Below the pieces are notes generated by a model. That model saw only the letters and a program-made list of their open reading frames with translations. It searched no databases and had not been told where the DNA came from. From NCBI GenBank assembly GCA_034370405.1, contig JAXMKY010000112.1:1-63743 (forward strand): a DNA stretch of 63,743 nucleotides, written 5' to 3'. The position numbers and the translations under genes were made by a program. Numbering within the stretch: the stretch's first letter is position 1; each line of letters begins with the position of its first letter. The DNA comes from Bacteroidales bacterium (lineage in GTDB: Bacteria; Bacteroidota; Bacteroidia; Bacteroidales; JAAYJT01). Positions 19,337 to 28,601 of this stretch are shown piece after piece.

Positions 19337-20062
19337 ATGATCTTAAGAACCGACAATATCGTAAAGAAATATCGCAATCGCACAGTTGTAAACAGTGTAA
19401 GTATTGAAGTGAAACAAGGTGAGATTGTTGGACTTTTAGGCCCCAACGGTGCTGGCAAAACCACATCGTTTTATATCATAGTTGGTCTTATCAAACCAAT
19501 ATCCGGACATGTCTTTCTTGACAACGCGGATATCACCCACGAGCCTATGTATCGCCGCGCCCAACAGGGAATTGGGTACCTGTCGCAGGAAGCCTCGATT
19601 TTCAGAAGATTAAGTGTGGAAGACAACATCAAAGCTGTTCTTGAATTTACGGGACTATCGAAAGACCATCAACACGACCGCCTCGAATTGTTACTTGAGG
19701 AGTTTGGTTTGAACCACGTGCGCAAAAGCAAAGGAATCATGCTCTCAGGAGGCGAAAGGCGTCGCACCGAGATTGCCCGTGCCCTGGCCGTCAATCCAAA
19801 ATTCATGTTGCTCGATGAGCCCTTTGCCGGAGTTGATCCCATTGCGGTGGAAGATATACAAACCATTGTATCGAAACTAAAAACCAAGAACATCGGAATC
19901 CTGATCACCGACCACAATGTGCACGAAACCCTGAGTATCACCGACAGAGCTTACCTGCTTTTTGAAGGCTCGGTATTAAAATCGGGAACCTCTGTTGAAT
20001 TGGTCGAAGATGAGCAGGTTCGCACGGTGTACCTTGGAAAAAACTTTGAACTCAGACGATAG
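19337..20062 (+). CDS. lptB: LPS export ABC transporter ATP-binding protein LptB
   Basis: Walker [10 protein letters not shown], signature LSGGERRR, Walker [13 protein letters not shown] and the LptB-type C-terminus. Adjacent to kdsD. Confidence 0.95.
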   Translation: MILRTDNIVKKYRNRTVVNSVSIEVKQGEIVGLLGPNGAGKTTSFYIIVGLIKPISGHVFLDNADITHEPMYRRAQQGIGYLSQEASIFRRLSVEDNIKAVLEFTGLSKDHQHDRLELLLEEFGLNHVRKSKGIMLSGGERRRTEIARALAVNPKFMLLDEPFAGVDPIAVEDIQTIVSKLKTKNIGILITDHNVHETLSITDRAYLLFEGSVLKSGTSVELVEDEQVRTVYLGKNFELRR

Positions 20063-20071
20063 ATTTTTTTG

Positions 20072-21490
20072 TTACCTTGGCTTGGCCAGCGGGTCAGTGG
20101 GGTAGACAAGGTCAATGGTTTCTGAAAACTCAAAGACCTGTTTTGATGACACGGGCTTATTCATTCGGGTCAACAGCCATGCAACATTTTGCAGCGTAAC
20201 ACTGTCGGGTTTAACAATCTGGCCATCTGATCTCATTTTCTCAAACACTAAAAGAGATGGGCCTACTCCTGATTCAATGATTTTGAGGGCAAGCAATTGG
20301 GTTGGGTTGGGCTGGAAAGGCGCTTCAATTATGTCTTCAATTTTTTCAATTATCTCATTGTTAAACCGTTGGTTTACATTGTTCAGTATGATAATGGTAT
20401 TGTCTTTTGTGACATACCGCTTGAAGCTGGTGCGATAGCCTTGCCATGTACCGTGGTGATATACAATTTTTTCATGGTTACGCTCACCAAGTCGAAACCC
20501 GTAGCCATAAAGAATGGTTTTGCCACCAGGTAATTTGGTTGGCGAAAAAGCTTCATCAAGCAGTTTAAGATTTACAAACAATCCGGAATTCAAGGCTTGA
20601 TCCCATTTGAATATGTCGGAGGCTGAGGAAAAAATTCCTTTATCTCCCAGGATGCGGTCGTGGATGGTTGGAAAGGCGAAAATATGACGTTTTTGGCCAC
20701 TCCGGTGCCCCTTGGTTATATTTTCTAATGCTACCAGCGAATCAATAATTTCAACACTAGTAAATGCTCCCTTCATCTGCAAAGGGGTAAAAAAATGCTG
20801 CCGCAGGAAAGTTGAAAAAGTATTGCCTGTAACCCTCTCAACCACAGAAGCAAGCAAAGCATAACCGGTGTTTGAATAATTGAATCTGAGACCGGGGGTA
20901 TGAAAACGCGGCAGCTGATGTTCAGCAAGCAAGCGAATTAGTTCCTCGTTGTCGGGAAGCCCATTTCCGACCCATGCGTTTTCGATAAGTTGCAGATAGT
21001 CGGGCAAGCCGGCAGTGTGATTGAGCAGATGACGGATAGTGACTCCTTGGTAATGCAGTTCGGGAATGTAGCGGCTTAGCAGGTCATCAATATCGAGCCT
21101 ATTATGTTCATGCAACATCAGTATGGCAATGGCTGCGAACTGCTTGCTTACCGAGGCCAACTGAAAAACAGATTGTTTGGTGAGTGGTATCCGCCCATCA
21201 TAACTTTCAAAGCCAACGGAACCTTCATAAACAATTTTTCCGCCAACTGCAACCAGGAGATTTCCATTAAAACGTGTCCGACCGGCATACGTTTGCACTA
21301 GGGAATCAATCAGTTGCACCCTGTTGTGCATAAAATAACCCTTTAGTAATGACTCTTCGCTGTGGGTGAGCAGTTTGCTTTTATGATTGGACTCGCTTCG
21401 GGTAAAATTTTCCGGAAAGAGGAATAGCACAGTAAAAAGAACTATGATGGCGTTTTTGATAACCCAATAGGTTCTGAGAGGAAAAATCAT
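20072..21490 (-). CDS. Serine hydrolase, beta-lactamase (class C-related) family
   Basis: The S-x-x-K motif ASVSKQF sits in the correct N-terminal context, and YSNTGY is also present. N-terminal signal/anchor. Confidence 0.8.
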   Translation of the reverse strand: MIFPLRTYWVIKNAIIVLFTVLFLFPENFTRSESNHKSKLLTHSEESLLKGYFMHNRVQLIDSLVQTYAGRTRFNGNLLVAVGGKIVYEGSVGFESYDGRIPLTKQSVFQLASVSKQFAAIAILMLHEHNRLDIDDLLSRYIPELHYQGVTIRHLLNHTAGLPDYLQLIENAWVGNGLPDNEELIRLLAEHQLPRFHTPGLRFNYSNTGYALLASVVERVTGNTFSTFLRQHFFTPLQMKGAFTSVEIIDSLVALENITKGHRSGQKRHIFAFPTIHDRILGDKGIFSSASDIFKWDQALNSGLFVNLKLLDEAFSPTKLPGGKTILYGYGFRLGERNHEKIVYHHGTWQGYRTSFKRYVTKDNTIIILNNVNQRFNNEIIEKIEDIIEAPFQPNPTQLLALKIIESGVGPSLLVFEKMRSDGQIVKPDSVTLQNVAWLLTRMNKPVSSKQVFEFSETIDLVYPTDPLAKPR

Positions 21491-21542
21491 GAATGGATGT
21501 TTGCCGCGTTAAGGGCACAAAAATAAACAAATAATTAAACAA

Positions 21543-21575
21543 GCCGGCGCTCATCTGAAGCAGATGAATGCCGGC
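21543..21575 (-). terminator. Hairpin terminator downstream of the LiaF-like gene
   Basis: GCCGGCGCTCATCTG / CAGATGAATGCCGGC pair as 6+7 bp around a 2-nt mismatch. On the minus strand a T-rich run follows (ttgtttaattatttgtttattttt). Confidence 0.55.
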
Positions 21576-21606
21576 ACCCTGATATGGCTCATAAAAACTC
21601 AGGGGT

Positions 21607-22566
21607 TTAATACCGTTTTACCTCCAGGCTCGAGACGGCAACATCAACGTTGATGTAAATCTTGTTTGTGCTTTCGCTGAAGTTTTCGGTTTCAAAGAGG
21701 TTGCCATCAACCTTTCTGAAGTCCTTCAAGGTTTTGCCCGATAACACACTATTGGCTTTCACTTGGCAACCCGAACCTTGAGGCACCTCAATAGTGATTG
21801 AGGATGCCCCGGCATCCATCTCAATATGGGTGAGGCTGTGTTTATCGCCCAGGCGAAGGAAAATAGAGGATGCTCCGCCGTCAACGTTTATCTGTTTTGT
21901 TTTGAAACCACTCAGATCCATATTGATCTTGGCGGCTCCGATATCTAAATCAAAATCCCATAAAGGGCTTTCGTGAAGCTTTATTTCCACCTTATGCCTG
22001 AGGTTATCGCCACGAATTCTACCTTCTTCGAGTGAAAGACGCACAATGTGCATATCTTCATTTTCGGTAGCTGTTAGGCTATAGCTGCCAATGTTGCCTT
22101 CTTTAATCATCTCTACCAGGTTGTCTGATGTTTGCTGGAGGTTGAAACTACCCGCAGCGGCATCAAGTCTTAGTGTTGCTCGTTGGATGTCGTCGCTAAA
22201 AGGGAAAAACAGATGCTGGCTTTCCCAATTCTCTTTTTCGCTCCATTTTTTATATCTATCCTGTTTTGGGTTGTTGCGATTCCAATCATCATCAAACCTA
22301 AAGCGAAACGGTCTTTCATATTGCCAGCGAGGGCCAATGTCGTATTTGTGAATCAGGAAAACTCCAGCCGCAACTGCTAATATGGTCAATAGCAGCTTGA
22401 TGCCGCCTTTGATAGGCAACATAGCTATACCCCATATAATAAGTAGCAGGGGCCACAGCCGCCACAATTGCCACCACTCAAACCATATAACACCGAGGTT
22501 ACGCAATACAATCACTCCCCCGATAAGAATAAATAACACGCCCCAAAATACTTTTTTGTAGTTCAT
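21607..22566 (-). CDS. LiaF-like envelope-stress membrane protein (LiaI/LiaF-type TM region plus beta-rich DUF4097-like domain)
   Basis: Trp/Leu-rich N-terminal TM helices (VFWGVLFILIGGVIVLRNLGVIWFEWWQLWRLWPLLLIIWG), then a repetitive beta-strand C-terminal domain. Lies next to a PspC gene. Confidence 0.55.
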   Translation of the reverse strand: MNYKKVFWGVLFILIGGVIVLRNLGVIWFEWWQLWRLWPLLLIIWGIAMLPIKGGIKLLLTILAVAAGVFLIHKYDIGPRWQYERPFRFRFDDDWNRNNPKQDRYKKWSEKENWESQHLFFPFSDDIQRATLRLDAAAGSFNLQQTSDNLVEMIKEGNIGSYSLTATENEDMHIVRLSLEEGRIRGDNLRHKVEIKLHESPLWDFDLDIGAAKINMDLSGFKTKQINVDGGASSIFLRLGDKHSLTHIEMDAGASSITIEVPQGSGCQVKANSVLSGKTLKDFRKVDGNLFETENFSESTNKIYINVDVAVSSLEVKRY

Positions 22567-22600
22567 GATATATTTTTTTTATTTAATGATTCATCCTGTC

Positions 22601-23074
22601 TTACTCAGATGGCCTTTTGGGTTTCACATGATTCATTGCTGATACAATAAGGATCACTCCAACAATCACAAGCACTGCGGGCCATAAATCGTGAAATGAC
22701 ACGCGGGGTATAAACCTTGCACTTAGCGCCAGCACACCTATTGCGATGAGAATAATTCCACCAATCACGCTCCCGCTCATGCGGTGAGCCGCATGCTCAG
22801 GTGTGGCAGAGTATGGTTGGCTTTCGTTAAGGGGTGGGCCACCCGATAGATCTGCCGATGAAGGAGTTGTAAACATTTGGGCAGTGACAGGCCTTTCGGG
22901 AATAGCGATCCACAACACCAAATAAACAAGAACCCCGCTACCACCCAAAAACACCATTAAAAGAAATATGATGCGGACGATTACCGGATCCATATCAAAA
23001 AACTCTGCAATGCCACCTGCTACTCCACCAATGGAACGCTGGGTGGTGCTGCGATATAACCTTGATTCTTTCAT
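22601..23074 (-). CDS. PspC-domain membrane protein
   Basis: RLYRSTTQRSIGGVAGGIAEFFDMDPVIVRIIFLLMVF is the canonical PspC domain. Confidence 0.8.
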   Translation of the reverse strand: MKESRLYRSTTQRSIGGVAGGIAEFFDMDPVIVRIIFLLMVFLGGSGVLVYLVLWIAIPERPVTAQMFTTPSSADLSGGPPLNESQPYSATPEHAAHRMSGSVIGGIILIAIGVLALSARFIPRVSFHDLWPAVLVIVGVILIVSAMNHVKPKRPSE

Positions 23075-23260
23075 TGATTAATTGTTTAAGTTGTTAGTCT
23101 GTCAATTGAGAGCCTACCTTTTGACGATAAACTCATTAAAAAGTTACAAGTCTATGTAATATACTACAATCGAGGTTATTACTCAGCAGTCCTGCAGGTG
23201 CGGGGCCACTGCTACTGCCGTTGTTACTGCTACTTGTTAAAATACGCAATTTATGACTGT

Positions 23261-24103
23261 TCAAAGTATAGTTTCTGCAACCGGGTCAGGATTTACCCGT
23301 TTTGCGATTGAAATACTTATTTCGTAGAGGGCCAGCAAAGGTATGCTAACAAGGATCTGGCTGAACACATCCGGTGGGGTGATGATGGCGGAGACGGTAA
23401 AGATGATAATAATCATGTATTTGCGGTTTCGGCGCATGAATCCCGGGGTAACTAGCCCAAGGCGTGCCAGGAAGAACACCACCACCGGAAGTTCAAAAAC
23501 CACACCCACCCCCAGCACAACTGAAATCACAGTACTTATGTAAGAGTTTAACGCAATTTGGTTGGCCACTGCCTCACTCACCTGGTAGGTTCCCAGAAAA
23601 TTAATGGTAAGAGGAACAATAATGAAGTAGCTAAACGACACCCCCAAAAAAAATAAAATAGAGATAGCCGCCACGGCCTTCCTGGAATATCTGCGTTCGT
23701 TGGGTTTGAGTGCAGGCAAAATGAAGCGCCAGAATTGGTAAACAACAAAAGGGAATGCCACTACAAATCCTGCAGCCATGCTCACGTACAAGTGCATCAT
23801 GAATTGCCCCGACATCTGGATATTAATGAGCTGAAGCGATAGGTTATCAAGGCATAGCACTTCGAGAGAGAGCAATTTGCCCAGACTGCAAAGCAACCTA
23901 TTAGTAATGAAGTCCGAGTCTTTGGGTGCCAATATAAAATGGTCGAAGATAACCGTGCGATTGAGAAAAGCCACTATTGAAAATATTAAAATGGCTGCTA
24001 CTGAACGTACAATCGTGCCCCTCAGTTCTTCGAGGTGCCCCCAAAACGACATCTCGCTTGCAAAAGTTTTTGTTTGTTTTGGGTTTGTGGATTGCCTCTT
24101 CAT
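23261..24103 (-). CDS. tatC: Twin-arginine translocase subunit TatC
   Basis: EMSFWGHLEELRGTIVRS N-terminal motif and six predicted TM segments. The start is uncertain: ATGs at 24103 or 24052, with the track start at 24142. Confidence 0.9.
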   Translation of the reverse strand: MKRQSTNPKQTKTFASEMSFWGHLEELRGTIVRSVAAILIFSIVAFLNRTVIFDHFILAPKDSDFITNRLLCSLGKLLSLEVLCLDNLSLQLINIQMSGQFMMHLYVSMAAGFVVAFPFVVYQFWRFILPALKPNERRYSRKAVAAISILFFLGVSFSYFIIVPLTINFLGTYQVSEAVANQIALNSYISTVISVVLGVGVVFELPVVVFFLARLGLVTPGFMRRNRKYMIIIIFTVSAIITPPDVFSQILVSIPLLALYEISISIAKRVNPDPVAETIL

Positions 24104-24108
24104 CTTTG

Positions 24109-24116
24109 CAAAAATA
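24109..24116 (-). promoter_or_regulatory. Possible -7 box (TATTTTTG on the minus strand) directly upstream of tatC
   Basis: The reverse complement of CAAAAATA is TAnnTTTG. It ends only 5 nt before the ATG at 24103. This implies either a near-leaderless mRNA or use of the downstream ATG at 24052. Confidence 0.3.
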
Positions 24117-24131
24117 GTGACATTGAATGAA

Positions 24132-25355
24132 TCAGAGCTCATGAGGTGGATGGCCTTGCTTTTCTTTTTCCATCAACAACTGCCATTTTCCAGCCATGGC
24201 CAGTATCTTGGCAATGGAAGAAATGGGCTTTTTGAAGAAAACCGAGGGCTTTGCAGCAGCTTCGAGCATGGCCGGCATAGCCTGAAACGCAAGCGATACA
24301 GCTTGGTAAAGCTGACTTAAACCTTGCCGTAATAAAAAATTACGCACTATCGGATTGCGCAGTTCGAATGATATCGCAGTAAAGGCCGAAATGATTAACA
24401 TGGCCCTGAAACACATTTCAATGCCTGCCATCAGACCGGGGATCGAAATTATTGTTTTGGTTTGGGAGGAATGTTCAAAAAATAAACCGGATAATAAAAC
24501 AAGAATCAATAGCTGAATCCAAAGTATAGGTTTGGTTAGCCTACGGCGAAGTGTGGGGTAGTAATACAGGGTAAAGCTAACATAAATCATTATGGTGCCG
24601 AGTGATAGCCAAAAGTGTGTGCGATTTACTAAAATAATTCCGGCGGGAATCACCAGTATGTTTATGAAAAGCAGAACAAGTGAATATGAATTGGGTGAGA
24701 TGTTGTGCAAAATTTGTCGCCCCTTGTCAAGCGTTGGAGTATTGATCGAAAGTGTATCCACATTTTTAATCCTTCTGCCAATCAGAAAACCGGTGAAAGC
24801 AGCCATAAAACCAAGGCCAAAATAAACCGCAAAAAGTATGATAACCAATGCCCAGGGGTTTGCCGCATGATAACCCAATTGCCGTGCAACATAGTCGAGC
24901 AGGTTGAGGTAAATCTTTACTAAGTTCAGCCCATAAATGATAAGGATGTTGAAGAGTTTTTGTGCAAAGGCCACCATTACTGCAAATCCACCCGCCACCA
25001 TCAATGCAGGTATGCTGCGCCCCATAACGATGATGCCTATGTTAAGCACAATAGATTCGGCAAAAATGCCGATCATCGGGCCAAGCAGATTGGCGCTGGG
25101 GGAGATGGATTTCATGAGGGCGCACACCATGCCCGCTCTCCAGATTAAACCCCGTTCGGGCCACATGCGATAAAAAGCCACCATCAGCATTACTCCGAAT
25201 GAAGCCAACACAGCCCCGGCAAAAGGTACACGGAGGTTGTGCAGAAAGCTGCCCATGATAATTTCGACCGATGCCCACAAACCGCCGGCTACGGCAGCTT
25301 TTAGCCACAACGTCCTGAGTTTCTCGATAGGTACAAACGTGCTATCTTTAGTCAT
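24132..25355 (-). CDS. Hypothetical polytopic inner-membrane protein (about 10 TM segments)
   Basis: Hydrophobic throughout, with no motif I can assign. The ATG at 25355 lies inside the last codons of the upstream NTPase gene (AAT CAT GAC TAA), an 8-nt overlap. Confidence 0.5.
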   Translation of the reverse strand: MTKDSTFVPIEKLRTLWLKAAVAGGLWASVEIIMGSFLHNLRVPFAGAVLASFGVMLMVAFYRMWPERGLIWRAGMVCALMKSISPSANLLGPMIGIFAESIVLNIGIIVMGRSIPALMVAGGFAVMVAFAQKLFNILIIYGLNLVKIYLNLLDYVARQLGYHAANPWALVIILFAVYFGLGFMAAFTGFLIGRRIKNVDTLSINTPTLDKGRQILHNISPNSYSLVLLFINILVIPAGIILVNRTHFWLSLGTIMIYVSFTLYYYPTLRRRLTKPILWIQLLILVLLSGLFFEHSSQTKTIISIPGLMAGIEMCFRAMLIISAFTAISFELRNPIVRNFLLRQGLSQLYQAVSLAFQAMPAMLEAAAKPSVFFKKPISSIAKILAMAGKWQLLMEKEKQGHPPHEL

Positions 25356-25887
25356 GATTAAAAAGTTCATTCAGCTTGTCGAACACCTCTGAAGGCGTGT
25401 TTCGCTCAATATCAAAAACAACATCTGCATTCATCCCCCACTTGCCCGCGATTTCTGCAAGAAGGTTGCTACGCACGGCAACCACCAAGGCAAGAGGCGG
25501 GTTTTGAACCAGCTGATTAAGACCGTTAGCCCAAGCATTGCCTTCCATTTCAAGAGGGCCTATTTCATCTATAAAAACAATATTATTTGTGCCAGCTGCC
25601 GAAACAAGTAATTGATTGCCATAGCTTAATGCACTATGTTTGAAAAAAAACCTCCGGAAGGGAATGTCTCCTGCATCGCATGTTGTGTTGCAGAGACAAA
25701 CCTGCTTTACTCCGTTGATTTCCATCAAATCAAAGCCCGATCTCTTTCCTTCCTTCCAATACCCTGGTGCGCAGAAACCGGCGATAGGCAAGCCAGCATT
25801 TTTAAGCAGTTTTGACAACTCAAGTAAAAAGGTTGTTTTTCCTTTGCCTTGCCCACCGGTGATGATGAAAATATTGTGATTCATCAT
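25348..25887 (-). CDS. P-loop NTPase, THEP1/DUF2478-like
   Basis: IFIITGGQGKGKTTFLLEL (Walker A), then IAGFCAPGYWKEGKRSGFDLMEING and IVFIDEIGPLE (Walker B). This pattern resembles small THEP1-type nucleoside triphosphatases. The ATG at 25887 overlaps the queA stop (CCATGATG). Confidence 0.6.
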   Translation of the reverse strand: MMNHNIFIITGGQGKGKTTFLLELSKLLKNAGLPIAGFCAPGYWKEGKRSGFDLMEINGVKQVCLCNTTCDAGDIPFRRFFFKHSALSYGNQLLVSAAGTNNIVFIDEIGPLEMEGNAWANGLNQLVQNPPLALVVAVRSNLLAEIAGKWGMNADVVFDIERNTPSEVFDKLNELFNHD

Positions 25888-27110
25888 GGTTGAGGCAAAA
25901 AAAGACAACTGTCGCCATAGCTGAGAAAGCGAAAATGGCGGTCGAGTGCAAATTGATATGCTTTCTTCCAGTCAGGGCCAGCCAAGGCGGCAACCAACAA
26001 TAACAAGGTGCTTTTCGGAAGGTGAAAATTGGTAATTAGTCCTTTACATATCCTGAACTGATAACCAGGTGCTATGAGCAGGCTGGTTGAAGCATGCAGA
26101 ACATCGGTGCTTTCTTCATCCATGCTGTTCAAAATGCCCTGCAGGGCTTCATGGGTGCTCACATGTTGATTTTCTGTTTCATAAGGTTCCCATTGGGATG
26201 TTGAAAAAACGCTTTTTCTTTCCTTACATAAAATTTTTACGCCCAGCCAGTAAAGGCTTTCGAGAGTGCGCATGGAGGTGGTGCCAACGGGAATGATGGG
26301 ACGCCCTGCCTGTTCAATAATTGCTTTAATCAACTGACGGGAAACCGAATATATTTCATGGTGCATATCGTGATGGCCTATGGTATCGGCGTTTACAGGT
26401 TTAAAAGTGCCGGCCCCCACATGCAAGGTTACCCATTGTTGCATGATGCCATTTTCAGTCAACGCTTGCAACACAGTGGAGGTAAAATGAAGGCCTGCTG
26501 TCGGGGCTGCCACCGATCCTTGGTGGCTGGCATAAATGGTTTGATACCTGCTACCATCGTTTTCGTCATCCAGCCGTGTAATATAGGGGGGTAAAGGAAT
26601 ATGACCACAAGCTTCCATCACCTCACCGAAGCTCAACGATGGGTCGCTCCAACTGAATTTTACGAGAACCGTATCCTTTTCTATGCCGGTTTTCTCTACC
26701 CAAACTTTTACTGGTGTATCATGAATGGAAATTTCCAGTTGAAGTACTTCTCTTTTCCATCTCCTGAGATTGCCAACATAACATTTCCAATGGCTTACGG
26801 TTTTTGACGCAAAAGCTAATTGCAGGTCAGGGGTTGGCGAAACAGTTTCGAGGCAAAATATCTCGATCCTTGCTCCTGAAGGTTTATTAAAATAAAACCT
26901 GGCCCTGATAACACGGGTATCGTTAAAAACCAGCAAACTAAGAGCAGGTAAACGGTTGGGCAGATTAGTGAAAACGTCTTCGCTTATCTCGCCTTTGCAG
27001 CAAACCAGCAACCGCGAAGCATCCCGTGTTTGTAGAGGATACTGCGCAATTTTCCCGTCAGCAAGCGGATAATCATAATCTTCGATGCGGATATTTCTTG
27101 GGTCGCTCAT
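25884..27110 (-). CDS. queA: S-adenosylmethionine:tRNA ribosyltransferase-isomerase
   Basis: IEDYDYPLADGKIAQYPLQTRDASRLLV, LVFNDTRVIRAR, PLPPYI, YQTIYA, GSVAAPTAGLHFT, VTLHVGAGTF, VGTTSMRTLES and SYGDSCL. Confidence 0.9.
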   Translation of the reverse strand: MSDPRNIRIEDYDYPLADGKIAQYPLQTRDASRLLVCCKGEISEDVFTNLPNRLPALSLLVFNDTRVIRARFYFNKPSGARIEIFCLETVSPTPDLQLAFASKTVSHWKCYVGNLRRWKREVLQLEISIHDTPVKVWVEKTGIEKDTVLVKFSWSDPSLSFGEVMEACGHIPLPPYITRLDDENDGSRYQTIYASHQGSVAAPTAGLHFTSTVLQALTENGIMQQWVTLHVGAGTFKPVNADTIGHHDMHHEIYSVSRQLIKAIIEQAGRPIIPVGTTSMRTLESLYWLGVKILCKERKSVFSTSQWEPYETENQHVSTHEALQGILNSMDEESTDVLHASTSLLIAPGYQFRICKGLITNFHLPKSTLLLLVAALAGPDWKKAYQFALDRHFRFLSYGDSCLFLPQP

Positions 27111-27183
27111 GGTCTTGATTAGCAAGGCCAAAAGTATTGAAATATCCTAAGATGACAGGATGTTTCTGGCGATTTGCCAGGAA

Positions 27184-27441
27184 TTAGCAATTGTGGAATA
27201 GGTCCTGAATGTTAATGACTTTTTCGTAATGATGGATCACATCATCCCATTCCACTATATCGAGTTTGTCAATTTTATTGCCATTGTGGCGATACCAAAG
27301 CTCAACATAAAAATCGTCAACTTGGTAAAGTTTGATAATATATGACATGTAAATACGGTCGCATAACTCGCATCCACACTCCAATACCACGGCAGCGCGC
27401 TCCAGAATAGGTAAATCCGTAAATTGTTCTTTGGTGATCAT
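27184..27441 (-). CDS. Hypothetical small protein (85 aa)
   Basis: Clean ORF co-directional with its neighbours and separated from each by 73 nt. No recognisable domain. Confidence 0.4.
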   Translation of the reverse strand: MITKEQFTDLPILERAAVVLECGCELCDRIYMSYIIKLYQVDDFYVELWYRHNGNKIDKLDIVEWDDVIHHYEKVINIQDLFHNC

Positions 27442-27514
27442 AGAAATTCAATCCCTGTAATCAACAAACATTACAAATAGTAAATTGTTTTGGAAATTGA
27501 AAGAAGGAGTAGGG

Positions 27515-28237
27515 CTAAAGCAGCCGTTCCGACTCTTTGATGAACTTATCGCGTATGTCCTTCAGGATATCAATATTGGTGTGGCGGTCGTAGATCCTCA
27601 CTAAATCAACCACCCCCGATTTATTGTAAACCGAAGCAAGTGCGGCATCATACACCTTGTGTTCGCAATTATTTTTCACCACCCTGGCAATCTGTTCAAA
27701 AGTATTCCAATCCATACCTTTGGGAATTTCGATATAGTACATATCGCTCAGGTCATTGTCATGGTATATGTGCTCGGCCATGGGTTCTAAATCGAAATAC
27801 TTGCTGATTTTAATAAGGCTCGTGTATTCGGCAACTTTACGGTTGGGGGCAAATGCAATCCCATGTTTTGCATACAGCTTTAGAAGCTCGGGTAGCTGTT
27901 TGAAATCGTTAATCTGAAAGCGGATGCATGGCACCAATTCGTTGCTGATGGTGAGTTGCCCGCCTGCTGCACTAAAAATGTGTTTATAGCTTTGCCTGAT
28001 CTTCTGTGTTGTGCGAATAAAATTATCGTCTTCGCAGCTTTTAAAACTCTTCAGCACGGCAAATATCCAATTGGGTATCATGTTTTTCTCCTGCGATGGA
28101 ATTGCGAAATGGTCGTAATACCCGGGTAGGGGGTCTTTGTCCTCAAGCAGTAATTCCGAAAAAACAATTTCCGACTCAAGACTTGCCAGATTTTCTTTTT
28201 TCCAAAGTGTTCCGATGGATTGAATTTTTTCGCTCAT
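27515..28237 (-). CDS. Hypothetical protein (240 aa)
   Basis: Clean ORF with no signal peptide, no TM segment and no motif I recognise. Confidence 0.45.
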   Translation of the reverse strand: MSEKIQSIGTLWKKENLASLESEIVFSELLLEDKDPLPGYYDHFAIPSQEKNMIPNWIFAVLKSFKSCEDDNFIRTTQKIRQSYKHIFSAAGGQLTISNELVPCIRFQINDFKQLPELLKLYAKHGIAFAPNRKVAEYTSLIKISKYFDLEPMAEHIYHDNDLSDMYYIEIPKGMDWNTFEQIARVVKNNCEHKVYDAALASVYNKSGVVDLVRIYDRHTNIDILKDIRDKFIKESERLL

Positions 28238-28394
28238 AAAAACTGGGTTTTCGGTGTATTAAAGAATCAACAACTAAATACAAAAAGTGTTTAATCCCAG
28301 GTACCTTCATATTACTAGGCATGAGTAATATAATATGAATAACAACTCAAAGCGAGCTATCGCTGTTGAAATATTTAATTCAGGGTAGGCAAGT

Positions 28395-28426
28395 TATGAT
28401 ATTTATCATATAGTGATAATTGTCAT
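28395..28426. promoter_or_regulatory. Two adjacent FNR/CRP-box-like palindromes
   Basis: TATGATA-TT-TATCATA is a perfect 7-bp-arm palindrome at 28395-28410, with core TGAT-N4-ATCA. GTGATAATTGTCAT at 28413-28426 matches the first site at 11 of 14 positions. Both lie 35-70 nt upstream of the -7 box at 28460. Confidence 0.4.
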
Positions 28427-28459
28427 AATCCAACATGAATAATACTCAGGCACACCTCA

Positions 28460-28467
28460 TACCTTTG
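28460..28467 (+). promoter_or_regulatory. -7 promoter box TACCTTTG upstream of the SQR-like gene
   Basis: TAnnTTTG match. It lies about 135 nt upstream of the ATG at 28602, implying a long leader. Confidence 0.35.
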
Positions 28468-28601
28468 CAAAAGATTCAAAAACATAAGATATGATTGAAC
28501 AAGCGAAATGAATTTTATGTTTGAATTATGACCAGAAGAGTAAAAGGGTTCTTGCCATTTTACTCTACATATTTAAAACAATTAAAACTCTATACACACT
28601 T

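Noticed and set aside
23180-23255. Hexamer-periodic stretch (actgct actgcc gttgtt actgct acttgt) with a partial hairpin between the PspC gene and tatC
   Set aside because: There is no ATG-initiated ORF on either strand. The hairpin is only 6 bp with a 17-nt loop and has no T-run. The evidence is too weak to call a terminator, peptide gene or repeat.
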